Positions 37,459-45,318 of a stretch of 64,000 nucleotides of DNA are shown here, one piece after another. The stretch lies in contig DASCNH010000069.1 of NCBI GenBank assembly GCA_036011365.1, forward strand, positions 11,467 through 75,466, in the 5' to 3' direction. Numbering within the stretch: position 1 is the stretch's first letter; the number at the start of each line of letters is the position of its first letter. A program made the position numbers and the translations under genes. This stretch comes from Planctomycetota bacterium (GTDB lineage Bacteria > Planctomycetota > UBA1135 > GCA-002686595). A model generated the notes under the pieces. The model had not been told where the DNA came from. It was given only the letters and a program-made list of their open reading frames with translations, and made no database searches.

Positions 37459-38762
37459 GGGAGAAGGCGCAGGGCCCTCGGAGGCCACAGGACGGCCCGC
37501 GGGCGGCCCAGGACCGCCGCCAGGGGCACGGCGCCCCATTCCCGGCTGTCCCGGCTGACCCGGGAGTTGTCCCCCAGGACGAAGATCTCGTCTGGGCCGA
37601 GCAGGACCGGCCTGGAGACCCCCACGGACCCCCGGGAGGTCCAGGCCAGGTCGCGCTCCAGGCGGATACTGTTAAAGGTAGCGACGAGGCCCTCGCCGCC
37701 CAGCCATGGGTGTGCGCCGTAGGTGCGGCGCTCCCCGTGCGTCTCCCCGCGCTGGGTCAGCGGGTGCTCGTGCTCCTCGGAAACACGGGAGAGCAGCATG
37801 ATCTCCCCCCCGGAGTCCGCCTTGAGGCTGCCGATTAGCGTGCGGTTGCGCAGGGAGAGGGTGAGCTCCAGGGCGGCGCCGGGCTTGATGATTGCCTGGC
37901 CCTCTCCGTGTTGGCGCTCCCCGCTCCAGCGCTGGGTGAGGGTGGCCTCGACCAATAGCGCGCCCTGCTCGGTGTCTTTCAGGTCCAGCGCGAACTCGAA
38001 GGTGTCGCCCGCCTTCAGGAGTCCCAGGCGCAGGCGCCCGCCGTCGGCGGCCAGCTCTTCGACCGCGGCCCGCACACGCAGGCGCCCGTCGCCAGCTTCG
38101 CCGCGCCCGAGCACGATGTCACCGGACAGATCCCGATAGCCGTCGTGCAGCCCCTTGTGGTGGCGCATCAGGCCGCGGCCGGAGCCCAGGGGCACATCCA
38201 GGGCCGCCAGACGCCAGCCCCCGCCGTCCCGGGACCAGGGCCGCTGCCCCGCGACTTCCTGCGCCTGGGGCACGGCGGCTTCCCCGCCGTCCGGCGGCTC
38301 GTCGCTGCGCTCCATGGTGAAATGCTCCTCCACGGCATTGCCCGCGCCGAAAATTGGTATCCACTCCGGCGCGTCCTGGGGCGCATCGAAGGCTTCGCCA
38401 TCAACCCACAGGTCACCGTGCCGCAGGCGCACGGACTCACGCGGCAGGCCGACCACGCGCTTGACCTCCGGCACGGATTCCCCGGCGCGGTAGAGGACGA
38501 CCAGCTCGAAGCGCTCCGGCGGACTGCGGTCGTAGGTCACCAGGACGAGCTCGCCGCCCTCCCCGCCCAGGCCCAGGGTTGGCAGCATCGAGGCGCTCTC
38601 CACGCGGTAGATGTCACCGACCAGCGTGCGCGCGGCCCAAACCGCTAGCAGCAGGATGACCGCACTCCACAACAGGCGCTGGAGGCGCGCGGAGCCCGGC
38701 GCCGGGCGCTCTGGCGAGGCGGCCCTGGGGGCAGCGCAAGGGTCTTTTTGCACGGAGCTCAC
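37455..38762 (-). CDS. lepB: signal peptidase I (long form with a large insertion)
   Basis: The start was placed at GTG 38762, forming a GTGA overlap with the mgtE stop; the track's upstream start would overlap mgtE. There is a TM helix LLWSAVILLLAVWAA, catalytic Ser box ESASMLPTL, Lys box EVKRVVGLPRESV and box E VLGDNSRVSRDSREWG. Confidence 0.85.
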   Translation of the reverse strand: MSSVQKDPCAAPRAASPERPAPGSARLQRLLWSAVILLLAVWAARTLVGDIYRVESASMLPTLGLGGEGGELVLVTYDRSPPERFELVVLYRAGESVPEVKRVVGLPRESVRLRHGDLWVDGEAFDAPQDAPEWIPIFGAGNAVEEHFTMERSDEPPDGGEAAVPQAQEVAGQRPWSRDGGGWRLAALDVPLGSGRGLMRHHKGLHDGYRDLSGDIVLGRGEAGDGRLRVRAAVEELAADGGRLRLGLLKAGDTFEFALDLKDTEQGALLVEATLTQRWSGERQHGEGQAIIKPGAALELTLSLRNRTLIGSLKADSGGEIMLLSRVSEEHEHPLTQRGETHGERRTYGAHPWLGGEGLVATFNSIRLERDLAWTSRGSVGVSRPVLLGPDEIFVLGDNSRVSRDSREWGAVPLAAVLGRPRAVLWPPRALRLLP

Positions 38763-40150
38763 GGCCCTCCGGGCAAGCCGAGGGCCTGGCCCAGTACGCG
38801 CGCCACGACGATGAAGATCGCCGCCCCGGAGATGTCCGAGAGGCAGATCAGAAACGGCCCGGCCACGACGGCTGGGTCGCTGCCCAGCCGCTTGCAGCCC
38901 AAGGGCACGGCGCAGCCCAGCATGGCCGCCCAGGTGACGGCCACGGTGATGGCCGCGCCAATGGAGAGGCCGAAGTTCCAGGCCATGAGGCCGCCGGTGC
39001 CTTCCATCCAAGCCGCCATGGGAATCGTGGCCAGACCGCACAGGACGCCGATGGTCAGACCTGTCAACACCTCCGAGATGAACACCGCGCCCTCGCGGTC
39101 CTCCTCGACCTCGCCAGTGGCAAAGGCGCGCACGAGGATCGTCGATGACTGGATACCTACGTTACCCGCCAGGCCGATGATGATCGGGAGGTAGCGCAGA
39201 AGGGCCAGGCTCGCATTTGACGCAGCTCCGCTCTCCACCGGCAGGGCGTAGTCCAACAAGCGCGCGGTGACCAATCCGCCGGCAACCGTCACGGCCTGCA
39301 GGGGAATGCGGTGACGCACGCGCGTCATGACCGGCAAGCGCGTCTGGTGGACCGGCGCAGTTCCGACCAGGCGCAGGATGTCCTCGCTGGCCTCCTCTTC
39401 CAGGACCTCCGCCGCGTCCGCGCTGGAGATCACGCCCAAGAGCACGCCGGTCGCGTCCACCACGGCCAGGGCTTCGAGGCCGTACTTGTGAATGATGTGC
39501 GCCGCTTCCTCCTGATCAGCGACGGCGCCAATGGTGAATGCCTCCGCCATCACCTCTCCCACGGGCGCGTGGATGGTGTGTGTCAAGAGGTCGCGGTCCG
39601 CGACATAGCCCACGGGCCTGCCGTCCCCGTCCACGACATAGACACCCACATCCTCGTCCGCCTGGCCAGCGTCGACCTTCAACTGCTTGATCGCATCGCC
39701 GACGCGCGTGTCCACGGGCACGGTGACGAACTCCGTGGTCATCACACCGCCGGCGCTCTCCGGGTCGTAGTGCAGCAGCTCACGCAAGCTGCGCGAGCGC
39801 CGGAAGTCGATGCGGTGCAGGACCTCCTCCGCCACCGCGTCTTCCGCCAGAGCCAAGAGGTCCACCACCTCGTCGGCCGGCAGCTCCTGTACGATCTCCA
39901 CCAAAGTCCCCGCGTCCATGTGGCCCACGATCAGGCTGCGCAGGGGATCGTCCGCGTATTCCAGCACCTCCGCCCGCCCCTCCCCGGAAAGGTGTGCGAA
40001 AACCGCCTCGACCTCCACCTCATCGAGGTCCTGCAGATGCTCCGCCAGATCCGCCGCGTGCCACTTGGCCAGGAGCTGCTCCAGCTCAACGCCGCCTCGG
40101 GCCAGGGCTTCCCTCAGATTCTGGCGTGTGGGTGTATTCTCAGTCTGCAT
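38759..40150 (-). CDS. mgtE: magnesium transporter MgtE
   Basis: The start was moved to ATG 40150 (MQTENT...). It has an MgtE N-domain, tandem CBS domains and a C-terminal 5-helix membrane domain (LPIIIGLAGNVGIQSSTI...PAVVAGPFLICLSDISG). Confidence 0.9.
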   Translation of the reverse strand: MQTENTPTRQNLREALARGGVELEQLLAKWHAADLAEHLQDLDEVEVEAVFAHLSGEGRAEVLEYADDPLRSLIVGHMDAGTLVEIVQELPADEVVDLLALAEDAVAEEVLHRIDFRRSRSLRELLHYDPESAGGVMTTEFVTVPVDTRVGDAIKQLKVDAGQADEDVGVYVVDGDGRPVGYVADRDLLTHTIHAPVGEVMAEAFTIGAVADQEEAAHIIHKYGLEALAVVDATGVLLGVISSADAAEVLEEEASEDILRLVGTAPVHQTRLPVMTRVRHRIPLQAVTVAGGLVTARLLDYALPVESGAASNASLALLRYLPIIIGLAGNVGIQSSTILVRAFATGEVEEDREGAVFISEVLTGLTIGVLCGLATIPMAAWMEGTGGLMAWNFGLSIGAAITVAVTWAAMLGCAVPLGCKRLGSDPAVVAGPFLICLSDISGAAIFIVVARVLGQALGLPGGP

Positions 40151-40511
40151 GGTCTGCGGCTTCCGTTCCCAGGCCGCAGGATAGCGCCAAGGACACGCCA
40201 CGGATACGCGCACGAGGCGCCTGGCCCTGGGGCGCCAGGAACCAGAGCCAGCCCCCCCACCTCTTTGGCCTTGTCGCGCTCCACCGTCACTTCCCCGTTG
40301 GCCAGCGCGTTGCTCAGCTGCTCAAGGTGCTTGCCATCGGTCACCCTGTCGGCGCCCTATGTATGAGGCGTCCAGCCGCCCGACGCCGCGGGTCAGGCGC
40401 CTCAATCCCGAACTCGGTTGGGTTGCCGGCAATGAGAAGCGCCGGCGCCTCTCCGCCCCTGACACCGGGCGACAACGGCCTTCTGGCGCGGCTGCGGGCG
40501 TGTCTTTCTTG

Positions 40512-42059
40512 CTACTGTCCGGCTAGAGCGCCGGGCGCGTGCCTGGGCTCTGGCTCGGCGGGGCTGAGCCACATCTCGTGCAGGACACGGGCGGTCTGCT
40601 CCAGGTCCTCGTCAGCCACCACGAACTTCTGGCTCAAGGCTCCGGCGGCGAAGACCGCCTGATCAACTTCGACCTGGGCATCCGCCAAGGCCTCCAGGCT
40701 GGCTCGGAACTGGCTGCTGCCATGGCCACCGCCCAGGCCGACGAGGGCCACCATGGTCCGCCCCCTCTCCATGCGCACCCGGGAACCGAACTCCTCCAGG
40801 ACGCCGGCCAGTCCGCGGCCTCCCGGAGAGCCGCCGGTGCCGCTTGCTGGGCCCACGTCGTTTGCGCTGGGGGCGATCAGGATGCTCATGGCATCCGCTG
40901 CGACCTGGACCGCGGCCAGGTCAACTCCCTGGCGGTCAAGGGCCACGAGGAGTTCCGCCAACAGGGAACGTCGCTGGCTCCCGTCCTGGGCGCCGTCCGT
41001 GTCCACCACCAAGCGCACCAGGCCCGAGCGCGTCGCCAAACCCACGGGACTCCGACTCGCGGCACCTCTGGCCGCGGGGCCCCGGCCCCCCGAACCATTG
41101 GCCCCGGCGCGCCGGCGTTCACCGCGATCCGGTTCGAGCAGCGTGCCGGGTTCCTCCGGTGTCAGGACGCTGCGCACACGCACACGCACCTGAGCACGCA
41201 GGGCCGGCTCCACGGCCCCCGGGTGCAGGACCTCCGCACCGTGCAGCGCGAACTCCGCCGCCTCCGCATAGGACAGGCGCTCTATGACCTGGGCCCCCGG
41301 CACCAGGCGCGGATCCGCGGTCAGGATGCCACCCACGGTCTTCCAGTACTGGATCTCCCCGGCGCCCACGGCGGCCGCCAGAATAGATGCGGTCAGGTCT
41401 GAACCGTTGCGCCCGAGGGTCGTCAGGTTGCCGGTCTCGTCCTTGGCCAAAAACCCAGTCACCACGGGCACACCGGGCACGGCGGCCACGGCTTCGCGGA
41501 TGGCGGTCTCCAGGCCATCCAGGGGGCGTGCCTGGCCGTGGCGGCTGTCGGTGACGAGCCCCAGGTCCCAGGCGTCCACCGGTGTGGCGGGGATGCCGGC
41601 CTCGGAGAGTGTGCGGGCCACGATGCGGGCGCTCATGCGTTCGCCGAAGGAGAGCACGTAGTCGCGCTCCTCCGGGGCCACGCGGCCGGTCTTCTGGATG
41701 CGCCCCAAAATCGCGTAGAGTTCGCGCAGGTGCCGGTCGAGCAGTTCCGGGTCCAGACCGAGCTGGGAGAGCAGAGTGCGGTGCCGAATGCGCACGCGAT
41801 CAGCCTCCAGGTGGCCCTCTGCCGCCGCCTGGGCCACGGTTTCGAGCAGATCCGTCACCCCCGCATGGGCGCTGACCACCACCAGGAGGCGGGCCCCCGG
41901 TGCGCCCTTTTCCCCGCCGGACTCGTTTTCAGGGTCCTCGTGGCCCACCTGGACACCGTCCCGCTCCAGGTGGGCGCGCACGATCTCCACAGCCCGTCGA
42001 ATGCCGGGCCCGTCCGCCAGGGCGGCGCCCCCGAACTTGAACACTGTGGAGAGCAGCAT
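40512..42059 (-). CDS. lysC: aspartate kinase with Gly/Arg-rich insertions
   Basis: VFKFGGAAL, VVVSAHAGVTDLL, SFGERMSARI, GFLAKDETGNLTTLGRNGSDLTAS, WKTVGGILTADPRLV. ACT-like C-terminal domains are separated from the kinase domain by a low-complexity insertion (ERRRAGANGSGGRGPAARGAASRS). Confidence 0.85.
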   Translation of the reverse strand: MLLSTVFKFGGAALADGPGIRRAVEIVRAHLERDGVQVGHEDPENESGGEKGAPGARLLVVVSAHAGVTDLLETVAQAAAEGHLEADRVRIRHRTLLSQLGLDPELLDRHLRELYAILGRIQKTGRVAPEERDYVLSFGERMSARIVARTLSEAGIPATPVDAWDLGLVTDSRHGQARPLDGLETAIREAVAAVPGVPVVTGFLAKDETGNLTTLGRNGSDLTASILAAAVGAGEIQYWKTVGGILTADPRLVPGAQVIERLSYAEAAEFALHGAEVLHPGAVEPALRAQVRVRVRSVLTPEEPGTLLEPDRGERRRAGANGSGGRGPAARGAASRSPVGLATRSGLVRLVVDTDGAQDGSQRRSLLAELLVALDRQGVDLAAVQVAADAMSILIAPSANDVGPASGTGGSPGGRGLAGVLEEFGSRVRMERGRTMVALVGLGGGHGSSQFRASLEALADAQVEVDQAVFAAGALSQKFVVADEDLEQTARVLHEMWLSPAEPEPRHAPGALAGQ

Positions 42060-42109
42060 GACCCACCATTGTACGGAGTCAGCCGCCGCCCGTCAGGCAC
42101 TCGGCGCGT

Positions 42110-42115
42110 TACAAT
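42110..42115 (+). promoter_or_regulatory. TACAAT -10-like hexamer 6 nt upstream of the ATG (possible leaderless transcript)
   Basis: gcgtTACAATcccgccATG. The spacing would put the transcription start at or next to the A of the start codon. There is no SD and no clear -35. Confidence 0.25.
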
Positions 42116-42121
42116 CCCGCC

Positions 42122-43327
42122 ATGGAACGCAAGGACCTTATCTATGACTGGAATGCGCCTCGGCCGGTGCTCGACGGCACCGTCATGTTCGACGACGAAA
42201 CCCTGCGCGACGGGCTGCAGAGCCCCTCGGTCAAGGAGCCGACCCTGGACGAGAAGGTGCGCCTGGTGCACCTGATGGACGCCCTCGGAATTCACACGGC
42301 GGATATCGGCCTGCCGGGAGCCGGGGAGCGGGCGCGCGGCCACATCCTGACGCTCTGCGAGGAAATGCGCGACCTCGCCATCACGCCCAATGTGGCCTGC
42401 CGCACGGTCATCTCCGACATCGCGCCGGTGGTGGACATGGTTCAAAAGTGCGGCTCGCCGATCGAGGTCTGCGCCTTCATCGGCTCAAGCCCCATTCGCC
42501 AGTTCACGGAGAACTGGGATTTCACCGCCATGCTGAAAATGGTGCGCGAGGCCATCGAGTTCTGTTCCAGCGAAGGCCTGCCCGTGATGTTCGTGACCGA
42601 GGACACGACGCGCGCCCACCCGGAACAGGTGCGAGCCCTCTACACCACTGCCATTGAGGCCGGCGCAGGGCGCGTGTGTGTCTGCGACACCTGCGGCCAC
42701 GTCACACCGGACGGCGTGCAGCGCGTCGTCGGCGCGGTCGCCGAGCTCATTGCCGAACTCGGCGCTGAAGTCGGCATCGACTGGCACGGCCACCGGGATC
42801 GCGGCCTGGGCCTGATCAACACGCTGACGGCCATGGAGGCCGGAGCCTCGCGCCTGCACGCCACGGCCCTCGGTGTCGGTGAACGCGCCGGCAACGCGGA
42901 GATGGATCTGCTGCTCGTCAACCTGCGCCTGGATGAGATCATCGACAACGACCTGACGGCCCTCGGCGAGTACTGCCGCACGGCCGCCACTGCCGTGGGC
43001 ATACCCTTTCCCCGCAACTACCCGGTCTTCGGACAGGATGCCTTTGAAACCGGGACGGGGGTGCATGCGTCGGCCGTCGTCAAGGCCCTGCGCAAGGGCG
43101 ATACATGGCTGGCCAACCGCGTCTACTCCGGCGTGCCCGCTGACCTCTTCGGCCTGGAACAGGTCATCCAGGTCGGACCCATGAGCGGCAAGTCCAATGT
43201 GGCCTGGTACCTGGAGAAGCGCGGCCATGAACCCACGGATGACGCCATCCTCGCCGTGCTTGAGCTGGCCAAGGCCACGCCACGCATGCTGACCGAAAAG
43301 GAAATCCTGAGCGCCGCTGGCGTCTGA
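42122..43327 (+). CDS. HMGL-like Claisen condensing enzyme (2-isopropylmalate / homocitrate / citramalate synthase family, short form lacking the regulatory domain)
   Basis: FDDETLRDGLQSP, VCVCDTCGHVTP, IDWHGHRDRGLGLINTLTAMEAGASRLHATALGVGERAGNAEMD. It is 401 aa. Confidence 0.85.
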   Translation: MERKDLIYDWNAPRPVLDGTVMFDDETLRDGLQSPSVKEPTLDEKVRLVHLMDALGIHTADIGLPGAGERARGHILTLCEEMRDLAITPNVACRTVISDIAPVVDMVQKCGSPIEVCAFIGSSPIRQFTENWDFTAMLKMVREAIEFCSSEGLPVMFVTEDTTRAHPEQVRALYTTAIEAGAGRVCVCDTCGHVTPDGVQRVVGAVAELIAELGAEVGIDWHGHRDRGLGLINTLTAMEAGASRLHATALGVGERAGNAEMDLLLVNLRLDEIIDNDLTALGEYCRTAATAVGIPFPRNYPVFGQDAFETGTGVHASAVVKALRKGDTWLANRVYSGVPADLFGLEQVIQVGPMSGKSNVAWYLEKRGHEPTDDAILAVLELAKATPRMLTEKEILSAAGV

Positions 43328-43545
43328 GAGGCGGACGGTGTGTGCGCGCCCGTGATACAAAGCGGTTCCAGGAACGCTGTCGCCGCCTCGCGCCGCAGGC
43401 ACCGCTCCGGGAACCCCGTCGTCGCACAGCGCCATTGCGCCCTTGGCCTTCAGCCTGCGCCTCGCTGCGCCGGCGACGATGCTGTCCCCGGAACGTCCCC
43501 CCTATCTGGGTCCGCGTCCCCGTGATACGAATCCGCTCTGGGAAC

Positions 43546-43812
43546 CTAGCGCGTCGCCTGAACCGCCGGAGCCACAGGGGAAGGCTCTTCTTCGCCGTCG
43601 TCGTTTTCGCGCTCGGGAACCGCAACCGGTTCTCCATGGGCGGCCACCAGGGCGTTGTTCCAGGCGCAGGTGTAGCACTTGTGGTAGCGCTCGCGCTGGT
43701 GGTCCTGGCATTGGCTGCGGCTGACCCGGTGGGCGAAGAGGGCCGGCGCCCCGTCCGTGCGCGTGGGGCAGCTGCGGGCGCCGCCGTTTTTCTTGTGCTG
43801 GGGGGATCCCAT
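43546..43812 (-). CDS. small Cys/His-rich hypothetical protein (88 aa)
   Basis: The start was moved to ATG 43812. Third-codon-position GC counted by hand is very high in this frame. It has 4 Cys (SCPTR...SQCQDHQRERYHKCYTCAWNN) and an acidic tail. No family was recognised. Confidence 0.45.
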   Translation of the reverse strand: MGSPQHKKNGGARSCPTRTDGAPALFAHRVSRSQCQDHQRERYHKCYTCAWNNALVAAHGEPVAVPERENDDGEEEPSPVAPAVQATR

Positions 43813-43913
43813 GGGTGTGGTTCTGGTGTCGGTTCGGGCCGCGGCCGGGCGATGGCCGGGGCACCCGTTCCAGAGGGCGCGTATTCTGACGGCGCCCGGG
43901 GCTCCGGGCAACC

Positions 43914-44753
43914 TCAGAGGACCTCGCCCAGGGCCGCGATTGCCTGGGACGCCGCCTGGGCTCCCCGGTGGCTGTCGCGGCTCAGCTCCACCGCCGCAAC
44001 GCCACTGTAACCCGTTTCCAGCAAGGCGCTTATGGTAGCGCCCAAATCCAGGTCGCCCGCGCCGAAGGCCCTGTGGATGTGTTCGCCTTTTGCAATATCG
44101 TCCAAGTGTACGTGGGCCACGGCCCCGGCGCGGGCCCGCAACTCGTCCGCGGGCAAGGCCTCGCCGGTGACCAAAAGGTGCCCCACATCCACCGTCAGGC
44201 CCAGGCGCCCTCCATCGGCGCCGAGCTCCGCCACGAGCCGGTCGAAGTCGGCACAGGTTTCGATGAACATCCCCGGCTCCGGTTCGAGGGCCACCGCAAT
44301 GTCCCGCTCGTCGGCATGGTCGAGCAGCGGTCGCAGGCCCTCGACCAGCCTGGCCAGGTGAACCTCCCGGGGTGCAGCGCTGTGCGGCGCCACGGCCCCG
44401 GACCAGATCGAAACCAGCGGCGCCCCGAGCTCCACGGCCAGGTCCACATGCTGGAAGAGGAACTCCAGCCGACGCTGGCGCCCGGCCGCCTCGTCCTCGA
44501 TCAGCGTGGGGCGGTGCTTGTGAAGGGGGTCCAGCAGGAAACGCGAGCCGGACTCCACCACCAACTCCAGGCCCAACTCCTCGGCCACAAGGCGCAGCTC
44601 CCGCGCTTCGTCCCGCACCGGGCGCTGCGGATCAAGGCCGCCCACATCCGGCGTGACGGCGACCGCCTCATAGCCCAGGTCAGCCAGCAGCCGAAAGCCG
44701 TCGTCCAGGCGGTGGTGGGCAAGCCCGTTGGTGTTGTAGCCGAAACGAAACAC
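43914..44753 (-). CDS. sugar phosphate isomerase/epimerase (xylose-isomerase-like TIM barrel)
   Basis: MFRFGYNTNGLAHHRLDDGFRLLADLGYEAVA..., VALEPEPGMFI, HVHLDD. These are typical of the AP_endonuc_2/TIM-barrel family. Confidence 0.8.
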   Translation of the reverse strand: MFRFGYNTNGLAHHRLDDGFRLLADLGYEAVAVTPDVGGLDPQRPVRDEARELRLVAEELGLELVVESGSRFLLDPLHKHRPTLIEDEAAGRQRRLEFLFQHVDLAVELGAPLVSIWSGAVAPHSAAPREVHLARLVEGLRPLLDHADERDIAVALEPEPGMFIETCADFDRLVAELGADGGRLGLTVDVGHLLVTGEALPADELRARAGAVAHVHLDDIAKGEHIHRAFGAGDLDLGATISALLETGYSGVAAVELSRDSHRGAQAASQAIAALGEVL

Positions 44754-44762
44754 CGCCGCCTG

Positions 44763-45308
44763 TCAGCTCCCAGTTGACTCGCCGCCCGCAGCGCCGGTGT
44801 CGGCCTGGTCATCACCGGTGCGGGGTGCGGTCTCCGTTTCCGCGCCGGCCGTGTCGATTTCGGCATTCCCCGGCCGCTGCTCCGCCTGCCCCCGCGGACC
44901 GAGTGAACCCGGATCGACGCCGGTCGCCTCATCCGCGCGGTCCCCGACACTTGCATCGTCTGTCCCGGCACCCTCGCCGCCGGTCTCCTCGCCGCCGGTA
45001 TCCTCCTCGAGCGCGGGATCAAAGGACGGCTTGAAGCTCTCGGCCGGATAGGGATCGAGGGCCGTGCGCACGGCCTTCTGGGCACCGCCGACCGCGTGGG
45101 CGGTCACGTCTATCTCCCTCCTGAGGTCGCGCATCTCCTGCTCGATGCCGGCCTCGCGCCAGATTTTTTCCAGGGTCCGCCGGGCGCGACCCACATGGCG
45201 GGCGCCGCGGATAACGACTTCCGGCAGCCGCCCGCCAAAGACGAGCAGGGCCGCGCCGGCGATCAGCGCCAGCTCCATCAGGTCCAGGTTCCCGAAGATG
45301 GCCAACAT
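44763..45308 (-). CDS. TatA/TatB-family twin-arginine translocase component with long acidic tail
   Basis: The start was moved to ATG 45308, 10 nt after the upstream stop. The sequence FGNLDLMELALIAGAALLVFGGRLPEVVIRGARHVGRARR fits a TM helix, hinge Gly and amphipathic helix. Confidence 0.75.
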   Translation of the reverse strand: MLAIFGNLDLMELALIAGAALLVFGGRLPEVVIRGARHVGRARRTLEKIWREAGIEQEMRDLRREIDVTAHAVGGAQKAVRTALDPYPAESFKPSFDPALEEDTGGEETGGEGAGTDDASVGDRADEATGVDPGSLGPRGQAEQRPGNAEIDTAGAETETAPRTGDDQADTGAAGGESTGS

Positions 45309-45318
45309 GGCGCCCAGT

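Noticed and set aside
40151-40511. An M-box or other Mg2+ riboswitch upstream of mgtE, and a lysine riboswitch upstream of lysC.
   Set aside because: I could not recognise the conserved cores by eye. The lysC upstream gap is only 62 nt, too short for an L-box. An Infernal scan is needed before any claim.
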